Notes under the pieces: model-generated
The model's input: only the letters and a program-made list of their open reading frames with translations
What the model was told of the DNA's origin: nothing
Database searches by the model: none
Origin: the human T2T-CHM13v2.0 reference genome, Homo sapiens
Direction: 5' to 3' (one strand)
Assembly (NCBI RefSeq): GCF_009914755.1
Contig: NC_060933.1
DNA length: 64,000 nt
In this document: positions 40,401 to 56,000 of the stretch, piece after piece
How the letters are laid out: every line of letters begins with the position of its first letter
How positions within the stretch are numbered: the stretch's first letter is position 1
Translations under genes and position numbers: made by a program

Positions 40401-43400
40401 GAGTAAAGGAGTTGAATAGAATCAATCCGAATGTAACGGAATGGAATGGAACGGAATGGAATTGAATGGAATGGAATGGAATGCAATGGAATGGAATCAA
40501 CCCGAGTGCAATGGAATGGAGAGGAATGGAATGGAATGGAATGGAAACTACCCGAATGGAATGGAATGTAATGGAGTGTAAGGGAATTGAATAGAATCAA
40601 TCCGAATGTAATGGAATGGAATGGAACGGAAGGGAATGGAATGGAATGGAATGGAATGCAATGGAATGGAATCAACCCGAGTGCAATCGAATGGAATCGA
40701 ATGGAATGGAATGCAATGGAATGGATTCAACTTGAATGGAATGGAAAGAATGGAATCAACACGAGTGGAATGGCATGGATTGGAATGGAATGGAATGGAA
40801 TCAACCCGAGTACAGAGGAATGGAATGGAATGGAATGCAATGGAATGGAATCATCCGTAATGGAATGGAAAGGAATGGAATGGAATGGAATGGAATGTAA
40901 TGGAATCAACTCGATTGCAATCGAATGGAATGGAATGGAATTAACCCGAACAGAATGGAATGGAATGGAATGGAACGGAACGGAATGGAATGGAATGGAA
41001 TGGAATGGAATGGAATGGAATGGAATGGAATGGAATGGAATGGAATGGAATCAACGCGAGTGCAGGGGAATGGAATGGAATGGAATGCAATGGAATGGAG
41101 TCTTCCGGAATGGAATGGAATGGAATGGAATGGAATGGAATGAAATGCCATGGATTCAACTCGATTGCAATGGAATGGAATAGAATGGAATGGAATGGAA
41201 TGGAATTAACCCGAATAGAATGGAATGGAATGGAATGGAACGGAATGGAACGGAATGGAATGGAATGGAATGGAATGCAATGGAATGGTATGGAATGGAA
41301 TGGAATGGTACGGAATAGAATGGAATGGAACGAATTGTAATGGAATGGAATTGAATGGAATGGAATGGAATGGAATGGAATCAACGCGAGTGCATTGGAA
41401 TGTAACGGAACGGAATGCAATGGAATGGATTCATCCGGAATGGAATGGAATGGAATGGAATGGAATCAAACCGAGTGCAATGGAATGGAGTGGAATGGAA
41501 TGGAATGGAATGGAACAACCCTAATGGAATGGAATGTAATGGAGAGTAAGGGAGTTGAATAGAATCAATCCGAATGCAATGGAATGGAATGCAACGGAAT
41601 GGAATGGAATGGAATGGAATGGAATGGAATGGAATGGAATGGAATGGAATGCAATGGAATGGAATCAACCTGAGTACAATGGAATGTAATGTAATGGAAT
41701 GGAATGGAATGGAATGGAATGCCTTCAAACCGAATGGAATGGAAAGGAGTGGAATCAACACGAGTGGAATGGAATGGAATGGAATGGAATGGAATGGAAT
41801 GGAATCATACGGAATAGAATGGAATGGAACGAAATGGAATTGAATGGAATGGAATGGAATAGAATGGAATGGAATGGAATGGAATCGTTCCGAGTGGAAT
41901 AGGAGGGAATGTATTCGAGTGGAAAGGAAAGGAATGGAATCAACCAGAGTGGAATGGAAGGGAATGGAATGGAATGGAAACTAATAGAATGGAATCAACC
42001 CGAGTGGAATGGAATGGAAAGGACTGGAATGGAAAGGAATGGAATGGAATGGAATGGAATGGAATGGAATGGAATGGAATCAACACGAGTGCAGGGGAAT
42101 GGAATGGAATCGAATGGAATCGAATGGAATGGAATGGAATCAACCCGTGTGCAGGGGAATGTAATGGAACGGAATGCAATGGAATGGAATCATCCGGAAT
42201 GGAATGGAATGGAATGGAATGGAATCAACCCGAGTGCAATGGAATGGAGTGGAATGGAATGGAATGGAATGGAACAACCCGAATGGAATGGAATGTAATG
42301 GAGAGTAAGGGAGTTGAAAAGAATCAATCCGAATGTAATGGAATGGAATGGAACGGAATGGAATGGAATGGAATGGAATGGAATGGAATGGAATGCAATG
42401 GAATGGAATAAACCCGAGTACAATGGAATGGAATGGAATGGAATGGAACGGAATAGAATGGAATGGAATGCAATGGAATGGAATCTTCCGGAATGGAATG
42501 GAATGGAATGGAATGGAATGGAATGGAATGCAATGGATTCAACTCGATTGCAATGGAATGGAATAGAATGGAATGGAATGGAATGGAATGGAATTAAACC
42601 GAATAGAATGGAATGGAATGGAATGGAACGGAATGGAACGGAACGGAACGGAACGGAGTGGAATGGAATGGAATGGAATTGTATGGAATGGAATGGAATG
42701 GTACGGAATAGAATGGAATGGAATGAATTGGAATGGAATAGAATCGAATGGAATGGAATGGAATGGAATGGAATCAACCCGAGTGCAGGGGACTGTAATG
42801 GAACGGAATGCAATGGAATGGAATCATCCGGAATGGAATGGAATGGAATGGAATGGTATGGAATGGAATGGAATCAACCCGAGTGCAATGGAATGGAGTG
42901 GAATGGAATGGAATGGAATGGAACAACCCGAATGGAATGGAATGTAATGGAGAGTAAGGGAGTTGAATAGAATCAATCCGAATGTAATGGAATGGAACGG
43001 AATAGAATGGAATGGAATGGAATGGAATGGAATGGAATGGAATGGAATGCAATGGAATGGAATCAACCCGAGTACAATGGAACGGAATGTAATGTAATGG
43101 AATGGAATGGAATGGAATGGAATGGAATGGAATGGAATGGAATCAACCCGAGTGCAGGGGAATGGAGTGAAATGGAATGGAATGGAATGGAAACTACCCG
43201 AATGGAATGTAATGTAATGGAGTGTAAGGGAATTGAATAGAATCAATCCTAATGGAATGGAATGGAATGGAATGGAATGGAATGGAATCAACCCGAGTGC
43301 AGGGGAATGGAATGGAATGGAATGCAATGGAATGTAATCTTCCGGAATGGAATGGAATGGAATGGAATGGAATGGAATCAACCCGAGTGAAATGGAATGG

Positions 43401-45499
43401 AGTGGAATGGAATGGAATGGAATGGAACAACCCGAATGGAATGGAATGTAATGGAGAGTAAGGGAGTTGAAAAGAATCAATCCGAATGTAATGTAATGGA
43501 ATGGAACGGAATGGAATGGAATGGAATGGAATGGAATGGAATGGAATGGAATGCAATGGAATGGAATCAACCCGAGTGCAATCGAATGGAATCGAATGGA
43601 ATGGAATGCAATGGAATGGATTCAACTTGAATGGAATGGAAAGAATGGAATCAACACGAGTGGAATGGCATGGATTGGAATGGAATGGATTGGAATCAAC
43701 CCGAGTAAAGGGGAATGGAATGGAATGCAATGCAATGGAATGGAATCATCCTTAATGGAATGGAAAGGAATGGAATGGAATGGAATGGAATGGAATGGAA
43801 TGGAATGGAATCAACTCGATTACAATCTAATGGAATGGAATGGAATTAACCCGAATAGAATGGAATGGAATTTAATGGAACGGAACGGAATGGAATGGAA
43901 TGGAATGGAATGGAATGGAACGGAACGGAACGGAACGGAATGGAATGGAATGGAATGGAATGGAATGGAATCAACGCGAGTGCAGGAGAATGGAATGGAA
44001 TGGAATGCAATGGAATGGAAACTTCCGGAATGGAATGTCATGGAATGGAATGGAATGAAATGCAATGGATTCAACTCGATTGCAATGGAATGGAATAGAA
44101 TGGAATGGAATGGAATGGAATGGAATGGAATTAACCCGAATAGAATTGAATGGAATGGAATGGAAAGGAATGGAACGGAATGGAATGGAATGGAATGGAA
44201 TGGAATGGAATGGTATGGAATGGAATGGAATGGTACGGAATAGAATCGAATGGAATGAATTGTAATGGAATGGAATTGAACGGAATGGAATGGAATGGAA
44301 TAGAATCAACGCGAGTGCAGGGGAATGTAATGGAACGGAATGCAATGGAATGGAATCATCCGTAAAGGAATGGAAAGGAATGGAATGGAATGGAATGGAA
44401 TGGAATGGAAAGGAATCAACTCGATTGCAATCGAATGGAATGGAATGGAATTAACCCGAATAGAATGGAATGGAATGGAATGGAATGGAACGGAACGGAA
44501 TGGAATGGATTGGAATGGAATGGAATGGAATGGAATGGAATGGAATGGAACGGAAAGGAATGGAATGGAATGGAATGCAATGGAATGGAATCTTCCGGAA
44601 TGGAATGGAATGGAATGCAATGGAATGGAATGGAATGGAATGAACCCGAGTGCAATGGAATGGAGTGGAATGGAATGGAATGGAATGGAACAACCCGAAT
44701 GGAATGGAATGTAATGGAGAGTAAGGGAGTTGAATAGAATCAATCCGAATGTAATGGAATGGAATGGAAGGGAATGGAATAAAATGGAATGGAATGGAAT
44801 GGAATGCAATGGAATGGAATCAACCCGAGTGCAAACGAATGGAATCGAATGGAATGGAATGCAATGGAATGGACTCAACTTGAATGGAATGGAAAGAATG
44901 GAATCAACACGAGTGGAATGGCATGGATTAGAATAGAATGGAATGGAATCAATCCGAGTACATGGGAATGGAATGGAATGGAATGCAATGGAATGGAATC
45001 ATCCGTAATGGAATGGAAAGGAATGGAATGGAATGGAATGGAATGGAATGGAATTGAATGGAATCAACTCGATTGCAATCCAATGGAATGGAATGGAATT
45101 AACCCGAATAGAATGGAATGGAATGGAATGGAACGGAACGGAATGGAATGGAATGGAATTGAATTGAATGGAATGGAATGGAACGGAACGGAATGGAATG
45201 GAATGGAATGGAATGGAATGGAATCAACGCGAGTGCAGGGGAATGGAATGGAATGGAATGCAATGGAATGGAATCATCCGGAATGGAATGGAATGGAATG
45301 GAATGGAATGGAATCAACCCGAGTGCAATGGAATGGAGTGGAATGGAATGGAATGGAATGGAACAACCCGAATGGAATGGAATGTAATGGAGAGTAAGGG
45401 AGTTGAATAGAATCAATCCGAATGTAATGGAATGGAATGCAACGGAATGGAATGGAACGGAATGGAATGGAACGGAATGGAATGGAATGGAATGGAATG

Positions 45500-46760
45500 G
45501 AATGGAATGGAATGGAATGCAATGGAATGGAATCAACCCGAGTACAATGGAATGGAATGGAATGGAATGGAACGGAATGGAATGGAATGGAATGCAATGG
45601 AATGGAATCTTCCAGAACGGAATGGAATGGAATGGAATGGAATGGAATGGAATGCAATGGATTCAACTCGATTGCAATGGAATGGAATAGAATGGAATGG
45701 AATGGAATGGAATGGAATTAAACCGAATAGAATGGAATGGAATGGAATGGAACGGAACGGAACGGAACGGAACGGAACGGAGTGGAATGGAATGTAATGG
45801 AATTGTATGGAATGGAATGGAATGGTACGGAATAGAATGGAATGGAAAGAATTGGAATGGAATGGAATCGAATGGAATGGAATGGAATGGAATGCAATCA
45901 ACCCGAGTGCAGGGGTATGTAATGGAACGGAAAGCAATGGAATGGAATCATCCGGAATGGAATGGAATGGAATGGAATGGAATGGAATGGAATGGAATGG
46001 AATCAACCCGAGTGCAATGGAATGGAGTGGAATGGAATGGAATGGAATGGAACAACCCGAATGGAATGGAATGTAATGGAGAGTAAGGGAGTTGAATAGA
46101 ATCAATCCGAATGTAATGGAATGGAACGGAATGGAATGGAATGGAATGGAATGGAATGGAATGGAATGGAATGCAATGGAATGGAATCAACCCGAGTACA
46201 ATGGAACGGAATGTAATGTAATGTAATGTAATGTAATGGAATGGAATGGAATGGAAGGGAATCAACCCGAGTGCAATGGAATGGAGAGGAATGGAATCGA
46301 ATGGAATGGAAACTACCCAAATGGAATGGAATGTAATGGAGTGTAAGGGAATTGAATAGAATCAATCCGAAAGGAATGGAATGGAATGGAACGGAATGTA
46401 ATGGAATGGAATGGAATGGAATCAACCCGAGTGCAGAGGAATGGAATGGAATGGAATGCAATGGAATGGAATCATCCGGAATGGAATGGAATGGAATGCA
46501 ATGGAATGGAATGGAATGGAATCAACCCGAGTGTAATGGAATGGAGTGAAATGGAATGGAATGGAATGGAGACAACAAGAATGGATTGGAATATAATGGA
46601 GTGTAAGGGAATTGAATAGAATCAATCTGAATGTAATGAAATGGAATGGAACGGAATGGAATGGAATGGAATGGAATGGAATGGAATGGAATTTAATGGA
46701 ATGCAATGGAATGCAATCAACCCGAGTGCAATCGAATGGAATCGAATGGAATGGAATGCA
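45500..46760 (+). repeat. Segment duplicated at ~55400-56620 (offset ~9.9 kb)
   Basis: GTGCAGGGGTATGT at 45907/55811, a GTAAT run, ACTACCCAAAT, CAATCCGAAAGG, and GAGACAACAAGA at 46569/56428. Confidence 0.85.
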
Positions 46761-47929
46761 ATGGAATGGATTCAACTTGAATGGAATGGAAAGAATGGAA
46801 TCAACACGAGTGGAATGGCATGGATTGGAATGGAATGGAATGGAATCAATCCGAGTACAGGGGAATGGAATGGAATGGAATGCAATGGAATGGAATCATC
46901 CGTAATGGAATGGAAAGGAATGGAATGGAATGGAATAGAATGGAGTCAACTCGATTGCAATCGAATGGAATGGAATGGAATTAACCCGAATAGAATGGAA
47001 TGGAATGGAATGGAATGGAACGGAATGGAATGGAATGGAATGGAATGGAATGCAACGGAACGGAAAGGAAGGGAATGGAATGGAATAGAATGGAATGGAA
47101 TGGAATCAACCCGAGTACAGCGGAATGGAATGGAATGGAATGCAATGGAATGGAATCTTCCGGAATGGAATCGAATGGAATGGAATGGAATGGAATCAAC
47201 CCGAGTGCAATGGAATGGAGTGGAATGGAATGGAATGGAATGGAACAACCCGAATGGAATGGAATGTAATGGAGAGTAAGGGAGTTGAATAGAATCAATC
47301 CGAATGTAATGGAATGGAATGGAACGGAATGGAATTGAATGGAATGGAATGGAATGCAATGGAATGGAATCAACCCGAGTGCAATGGAATGGAGAGGAAT
47401 GGAATGGAATGGAATGGAAACTAACCGAATGGAATGGAATGTAATGGAGTGTAAGGGAATTGAATAGAATCAATCCGAATGTAATGGAATGGAATGGAAC
47501 GGAATGGAATGGAATGGAATGGAATGGAATGGAATGCAATGGAATGGATTCAACTTGAATGGAATGGAAAGAATGGAATCAACACGAGTGGAATGGCATG
47601 GATTGGAATGGAATCAACCCGAGTACAGGGGAATGGAATGGAATGGAATGCAATGGAATGGAATGGAATGCAATGGAATGGAATCATCCGTAATGGAATG
47701 GAAAGGAATGGAATGGAATGGAATGGAATCGAATGGAATGGAATGGAATCAACTCGATTGCAATCGAATGGAATGGAATGGAATTAACCCGAATAGAATG
47801 GAATGGAATGGAATGGAACAGAATGGAATGGAATGGAATGGAATGGAATGGAACGGAACGGAACGGAACGGAACGGAATGGAATGGAATGGAATGGAATG
47901 GAATCAACGCGAGTGCAGGGGAATGGAAT

Positions 47930-49710
47930 GGAATGGAATGCAATGGAATGGAATCATCCGGAATGGAATGGAATGGAATGGAATGCAAAGCAATGGAATC
48001 AACTCGATTGCAATGGAATGGAATGGAATGGAAAGGAATACATTGGAATCAAACCGAGTGGAATGGAATGGAAAGGACTGGAATGGAGAGGAATGGAATG
48101 GAATGGAATGGAATGAAATCAACTCGATTGGAATGGAATGGAATGGAATGGAATGGAATGGAATTAACCCGAATAGAATGGAGTGGAATGGAATGGAACG
48201 GAACGGAATGGAATGGAATGGAATGGAATGGAATGGAATGGAATGGAATGGAATGGAATGGAATCAACCCGACTGCAGGGGAATGGAATGGAATGGAATG
48301 CAATGGAATGGATTCAACTTGAATGGAATGGTAAGAATGGAATCAACACGAGTGGAATGGCATGGATTGGAATGGAATGGAATGGAATCAACCCGAGTAC
48401 AGCGGAATGGAATGGAATGGAATGCAATGGAATGGAAACATCCGTAATGGAATGGAAAGGAATGGAATGGAATGGAATGGAATGGAATGGAATGGAATGG
48501 AATGGAATCAACTCGATTGCAATCGAATGGAATGGAATGGAATTAACCCGAATAGAATGGAATGGAATTGAATGGAATGGAATGGAACGGAATGGAATGG
48601 ATTGGAATGGAATGGAATGGAACGGAAAGGAATGGAATAGAATGGAATGGAATGGAATGGAATGGAATGGAATCAACGCGAGTGCAGGGGAATGGAATGG
48701 AATGGAATGCAATGGAATGGAATCTTCCGGAATGGAATGGAATGGAATGGAATGGAATGGAATGGAATGGAATGGAATTAACCCGAATACAATGGAATGG
48801 AATGGAATGGAACGGAATGGAGTTGAATGGAATGGAAGCAACCCGAGTGCAGGGGATTAGAATGGAATGGAATGCAATGGAATGGAATCATCCGGAATGG
48901 AATGGAATGGAATGCAAAGCAATGGAATCAACTCGATTGCAATGGAATGGAATGGAATGGAAAGGAATACATTGGAATCAACCCGAGTGGAATGGAATGG
49001 AAAGGACTGGAATGGAGTGGAATGGAATGGAATGGAATGGAATGAAATCAACTCGATTGGAATGGAATGGAATGGAATGGAATGGAATGGAATGGAATGG
49101 AATTATCCCGAATAGAATGGAGTGGAATGGAATGGAACGGAACGGAATGGAATGGAAAGGAATGGAATGGAATGGAATGGAATGGAATGGAATCAACCCG
49201 ACTGCAGGGGAATGGAATGGAATGGAATGCAATGGAATGGATTCAACTTGAATGGAATGGAAAGAATGGAATCAACACGAGTGGAATGGCATGGATTGGA
49301 ATGGAATGGAATGGAATCAACCCGAGTACAGGGGAATGGAATGGAATGGAATGCAATGGAATGGAATCATCCGTAATGGAATGGAAAGGAATGGAATGGA
49401 ATGGAATGGAATGGAATGGAATGCAATGGAATCAACTCGATTGCAATCGAATGGAATGGAATGGAATTAACCCGAATAGAATGGAATGGAATGGAATGGA
49501 ACAGAACGGAATGGAATGGATCGGAATGGAATGGAATGGAATGGAATGGAACGGAAAGGAATGCAATGGAATGCAATGGAATGGAATGGAATGGAATGGA
49601 ATGGAATCAACGCGAGTGCAGGGGAACGGAATGGAATGGAATGCAATGGAATGGAATCTTCCGGAATGGAATGGAATGGAATGGAATGGAATGGAATGGA
49701 ATGGAATGGA
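47930..49710 (+). repeat. ~930-bp tandem duplication
   Basis: GCAAAGCAAT...GGAATACATTGG at 47985 and 48914. GACTGCAGGG at 48271 and 49200. GAAATCAACTCGATTGG and TAGAATGGAGTGG occur in both units. Confidence 0.85.
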
Positions 49711-52099
49711 ATAAACCCGAGTGCAATGGAATGGAGTGGAATGGAATGGAATGGAATGGAACAACCCGAATGGAACGGAATGGAATGGAGAGTAAGGGAG
49801 TTGAATAGAATCAATCCGAATGTAATGGAATGGAATGGAAGGGAATGGAATGGAATGGAATGCAATGGAATGGAATGGAATGCAATGGAATGGAATCAAC
49901 CCGAGTGCAATCGAATGGAATCGAATGGAATGGAATGCAATGGAATGGATTCAACTTGAATGGAATGGAAAGAATGGAATCAACACGAGTGGAATGGCAT
50001 GGATTGGAATAGAATGGAATAGAATCAATCCGAGTACAGGGGAATGGAATGGAATGGAAAGCAATGGAATGGAATCATCCGTAATGGAATGGAAAGGAAT
50101 GGAATGGAATGGAATGGAATGGAATGGAATGGAATGGAATCAACTCGATTGCAATCGAATGGAATGGAATGGAATTAACCCGAATAGAATGGCATGGAAT
50201 GGAATGGAACGGAACGGAATGGAATGGAATGGAATGGAATGGAACGGAACGGAATGGAACGGAATGGAATGGAATGGAATGGAATGGAATGGAATGGAAT
50301 CAACGCGATTGCAGGGGAATGGAATGGAATGGAATGCAATGGAATGGAATCTTCCGGAATGGAATGGAATGGAATAGAATGGAATGAAATGCAATGGATT
50401 CAACTCGATAGCAATGGAATGGAATAGAATGGAATGGAATGGAATGGAATGGAATGGAATGGAATTAACCCGAATAGAATGGAACGGAATGGAATGGAAC
50501 GGAATGGAACGGAATGGAATGGAATGGAATGCAATGGAATGGTATGGAATGGAATGGAATGGTACGGAATAGAATGGAATGGAACGAATTGTAATGGAAT
50601 GGAATTGAATGGAATGGAATGGAATGGAATGGAATGGAATGGAATGGAATCGTTCCGAGTGGAATAGGAGGGAATGTATTCGAGTGGAATGGAAAGGAAT
50701 GGAATCAACCAGAGTGGAATGGAAAGGAATGGAATGGAATGGAAACTAAGAGAATGGAATCAACCCGGGTGGAATGGAATGGAAAGGACTGGAATGGAAA
50801 GGAATGGAATGGAATGGAATGGAATGGAATGGAATGGAATGGAATGGAATCAACGCGAGTGCAGGGGAATGGAATAGAATCGAATGGAATGGAATGGAAT
50901 GGAATGGAATCAACCCGAGTACAATGGAATGGAATGGAATGGAATGGAATGGAATGGAATGCAATGGAATGGAATCTTCCGGAATTGAATGGAATGGAAA
51001 GGAATGGAATGCAATGGATTCAACTCGATTGCAATGGAATGGAATAGAATGGAATGGAATGGAATTAAACCGAATAGAATGGAATGGAATGGAATGGAAC
51101 GGAACGGAACGGAATGGAACGGAGTGGAATGGAATGGAATGGAATTGTATGGAATGCAATGGAATGGTACGGAATAGAATGGAATGCAAAGAATTGGAAT
51201 GGAATGGAATTGAATGGAATGGAATGGAATCAACCAGAGTGCAGGGGAATGTAATGGAACGGAATGCAATGGAATGGAATCATCCGGAATGGAATGGAAT
51301 GCAACGGAATGAAATGGAATGGAATGGAATGGAATGGAATGCAATGGAATGGAATCAACCCGAGTACCATGGAATGGAATGGAATGGAATGGAATGGAAT
51401 GGAATGGAATGGAATGGAATGGAATGGAATGCCTTCAAACCGAATGGAATGGAAAGGAATGGAATCAACACGAATGGAATGGAATGGAATAGAATGGAAT
51501 GGAATGGAATGGAATGATACGGAATAGAATGGAATGGAACGAAATGGAATGGAATGGAATGGAATGGAATGGAATGGAATGGAATGGAATGGAATCGTTC
51601 CGAGTGGAATAGGAGGGAATGTATTCGAGTGGAATGGAAAGGAATGGAATCAACAAGAGTGGAATGGCAGGGAATGGAATGGAATGGAAACTAATAGAAT
51701 GGAATCAACCCGAGTGGAATGGAATGGAAAGGACTGGAATGGAATTGAATGGAATGGAATCAACTCGATTGTAATGGAATGGAATGGAATGGAATGGAAT
51801 GGAATGGAATTAACCCGAATACAATGGAATGCAATGGAATGGAACGGAATGGAGTGGCATGGAATGGAATCAAACCGAGTGCAGGGGAACGGAATGGAAT
51901 GGAATGCAATGGAATGGAATCATCCGGAATGGAATGGAATGGAATGGAATGGAATCAACCCGAGTGCAATCGAATGGAGTGGAATAGAATGGAATGAACC
52001 CGAGTGCAGGGGAATGGAATGGAATGAAATGCAATGGAATGGAATCATCCGTAATGGAATGGAAAGGAATGGAATGGAATGGAATGGAATGGAATGGAA

Positions 52100-53070
52100 T
52101 CAACACGATTGCAATCGAATGGAATGGAATGGAATTAACCCGAATAGAATGGAATGGAATGGAATGGAACGGAACGGATTGGAATAGAATGGAATTGAAC
52201 GGAACGGAGTGGAATGGAATGGAATGGAATGGAATGGAATGGAATCAACGTGAGTGCAGGGGAATGGAATGGAATGGAATGCAATGGAATGGAATCTTCC
52301 GGAATGGAATGGAATGGAATGGAATGGAATGAAATGCAATGGATTCAACTCGATTGCAATGGAATGGAATGGAATGGAATGGAATGGAATGGAATGGAAT
52401 GGAATTAATCCGAATTGAATGGAATGGAATGTAATGGAAAGGAATGGAACGGAATGGAATGGAATGGAATGGTATGGAATGGAATGGAATGGTACGGAAT
52501 AGAATGGAATGGAACGAATTGTAATGGAATGGAATTGAATGGAAAGGAATGGAATGGAATGGAATCAACGAGAGTGCAGGGGAATGTAATGGAACGGAAT
52601 GCAATGGAAAGGAATCATACGGAATGGAATGGAATGGAATGGAATGGTATGGAATCAACCCGAGTGCAATGGAATGGAGTGGAATGGAATGGAATGGAAT
52701 GCAATAGAATGGAATCAACTTGAGTACAATGGAATGGAATGGAATGGAATGGAATGCAATAGAATGGAATCAACTTGAGTACAATGGAATGGAATGGAAT
52801 GGAATGGAATGGAATGGAATAAAATGGAATGATACGGAATAGAATGGAATGGAACGAAATGGAATGGAATGGAATGGAATGGAATGGAATCGTTCCGAGT
52901 GGAATAGGAGGGAATGTATTCGACTGGAATGGAAAGGAATGGAATCAACCAGAGTGGAATGGAAGGGAATGGAATGGAATGGAAACTAATAGAATGGAAT
53001 CAACCCAAGTGGAATGGAATGGAAAGGACTGGAATGGAATGGAATGGAATAGAATCAACTCGATTGTAAT
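52100..53070 (+). repeat. Segment duplicated at ~58260-59300 (offset ~6.16 kb)
   Basis: CAACACGATT, CAACGTGAGT, TTAATCCGAATTG, CAACGAGAGT, CATACGG, CAACTTGAGTAC, AATAAAATGGAATGATACGG and CAACCCAAGT are shared in order. ORF pair 52100/58263. Confidence 0.9.
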
Positions 53071-56000
53071 GGAATGGATTGGAATGGAATGGAATGGAAT
53101 GGAATGGAGTGGAATGGAATGGAATCAACCCGAGTGCAGGGGAATGGAATGGAATGGAATGCAATGGAATGGAATCATCCGGAATGGAATGGAATGGAAT
53201 GGAATGCAAAGCAATGGAATCAACTCGATTGCAATGGAATGGAAAGGAATGGAAAGGAATACACTGGAATCAAGCCGACTGGAATGGAATGGAAAGGACT
53301 GGAATGGAGTGGAATGGAATGGAATGGAATGGAATGGAATCAACTCGATTGGAATGGAATGGAATGGAATGGAATGGAATGGAATGGAATGGAATTAACC
53401 CGAATAGAATGGAATGGAATGGAATGGAATGGAAAGGAATGGAACGGAATGGAATGGAATGGAATGGAATCAACCCGACTGCAGGGGAATGGAATGGAAT
53501 GGAATGCAATGGAATGGATTCAACTTGAATGGAATGGAAAGAATGGAATCAACACGAGTGGAATGGCATGGATTGGAATGGAATGGAATGGAATCAACCC
53601 GAGTACAGGGGAATGGAATGGAATGGAATGCAATGGAATGGAATCATCCGTAATAGAATGGAAAGGAATGGAATGGAATGGAACGGAAAGGAATGGAATG
53701 GAATGGAATGGAATGCAACGGAAAGGAATGGAATGGAATGGAAAGGAATGGAATGGAATGGAATGGAATGGAATCAACGCGAGTGCAGGGGAATGGAATG
53801 GAATGGAATGCAATGAAATGGAATCTTCCGGAATGGAATGGAATGGAATGCAATGGAATGGAATCAACTCGATTGCAATCGAATGGAATGGAATGGAATT
53901 AACCCGAATAGAATGGAATGGAATGGAATGGAACGGAACGGAATGGAATGGAATGGAATGGAATGGAATGGAATGGAACGGAACGGAACGGAACGGAACG
54001 GAACGGAGTGGAATGGAATGGAATGGAATTGTATGGAATGGAATGGAATGGTACGGAATAGAATGGAATGGAAAGAATTGGAATGGAATGGAATCGAATG
54101 GAATGGAATGGAATCAACGCGAGTGCAGGGGAATGTAATGGAACGGAATGCAATGGAATGAAATCATCCGGAATGGAATGGAATGGAATGGAATGGAATG
54201 GAATGGAATGGAATGGAATGCAATGGAATCAACCCGAGTGCAATGGAATGGAGTTGAATGGAATGGAATGGAATGGAACAACCCGAATGGAATGGAATGT
54301 AATGCAGAGTAAGGGAGTTGAATAGAATCAATCCGAATGTAATGGAATGGAACGGAATGGAATGGAATGGAATGGAATGGAATGGAATGGAATGCAATGG
54401 AATGGAATCAACCCGAGTACAATGGAAAGGAATGGAATGGAATGGAATGGAATGGAATGGAATGGAATGGAATGGAATCAACCCGAGTGCAATGGAATGG
54501 AGAGGAATGGAATGGAATGGAATGGAAACTACCCGAATGGAATGGAATGTAATGGAGTGTAAGGGAGTTGAATAGAATCAATCCGAATGGAATGGAATGG
54601 AATGGAACGGAATGTAATGGAATGGAATGGAATGCAGTCAACCCGAGTGCAGGGGAATGGAATGGAATGGAATGCAATGGAATGGAATGGAATCGTTCCG
54701 AGTGGAATAGGAGGGAATGTATTCGAGTGGCATGGAAAGGAATGGAATCAACCAGAGTGGAATGGAAGGGAATGGAATGGAATGGAAACTAATAGAATGG
54801 AATCAACCCGAGTGGGATGGAATGGAAAGGACTGGAATAGAAAGGAATGGAATGGAATGGAGTGGAATGGAATGGAATGGAATGGAATGGAATGGAATGG
54901 AATGGAATCAACTCGATTGCAATCGAATGGAATGGAATGGAATTAACCCGAATAGAATGGAATGGAATGGAATGGAACGGAACGGAATGGAATGGAATGG
55001 AATGGAATGGAACGGAAAGGAATGGAATAGAATGGAATGGAATGGAATGGAATGGAATGGAATGGAATGGAATCAACGCGAGTGCAGGGGAATGGAATGG
55101 AATCGAATGGAATGGAATGGAATGGAATGGAATGGAATCAACCCGAGTGCAGGGGAATGTAATGGAACGGAATGCAATGGAATGGAATCATCCGGAATGG
55201 AATGAAATGGAATGGAATGGAATCAACCCGAGTGAAATGGAATGGAGTGGAATGGAATGGAATGGAATGGAACAACCCGAATGGAATGGAATGTAATGGA
55301 GAGTAAGGGAGTTGAAAAGAATCAATCCGAATGTAATGGAATGGAATGGAACGTAATGGAATGGAATGGAATGGAATGCAATGGAATGGAATCAACCAGA
55401 GTACAATGGAATGGAATGGAATGGAATGGAATGGAATGGAATGCAATGGAATGGAATCAACCAGAGTACAATGGAATGGAATGGAATGGAATGGAATGGA
55501 ATGCAATGGAATGGAATCTTCCGGAATGGAATGGAATGGAATGGAATGGAATGGAATGCAGTGGATTCAACTCGATTGCAATGGAATGGAATAGAATGGA
55601 ATGGAATGGAATGGAATGGAATTAAACCGAATAGAATGGAATGGAATGGAATGGAACGGAACGGAACGGAACGGAACGGAACGGAGTGGAATGGAATGGA
55701 ATGGAATTGTATGGAATGGAATGGAATGGAACGGAATAGAATGGAATGGAAAGAATTGGAATGGAATGGAATTGAATGGAATGGAATGGAATGGAATGGA
55801 ATCAACCCGAGTGCAGGGGTATGTAATGGAATGGAATGCAATGGAATGGAATCATCCGGAATGGAATGGAATGGAATGGAATGGAACGGAATGGAATGGA
55901 ATCAACCCGAGTGCAATGGAATGGAGTGGAATGGAATGGAATGGAATGGAACAACCCGAATGGAATGGAATGTAATGGAGAGTAAGGGAGTTGAATAGAA

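Noticed and set aside
8636-40907. DUX4-like TAATGGAATCA matches (~8636, 11062, 21500, 24364, 30270, 40897)
   Set aside because: There are only a handful, each one substitution from the background repeat, and several are duplicates of each other. They are not distinguishable from chance.
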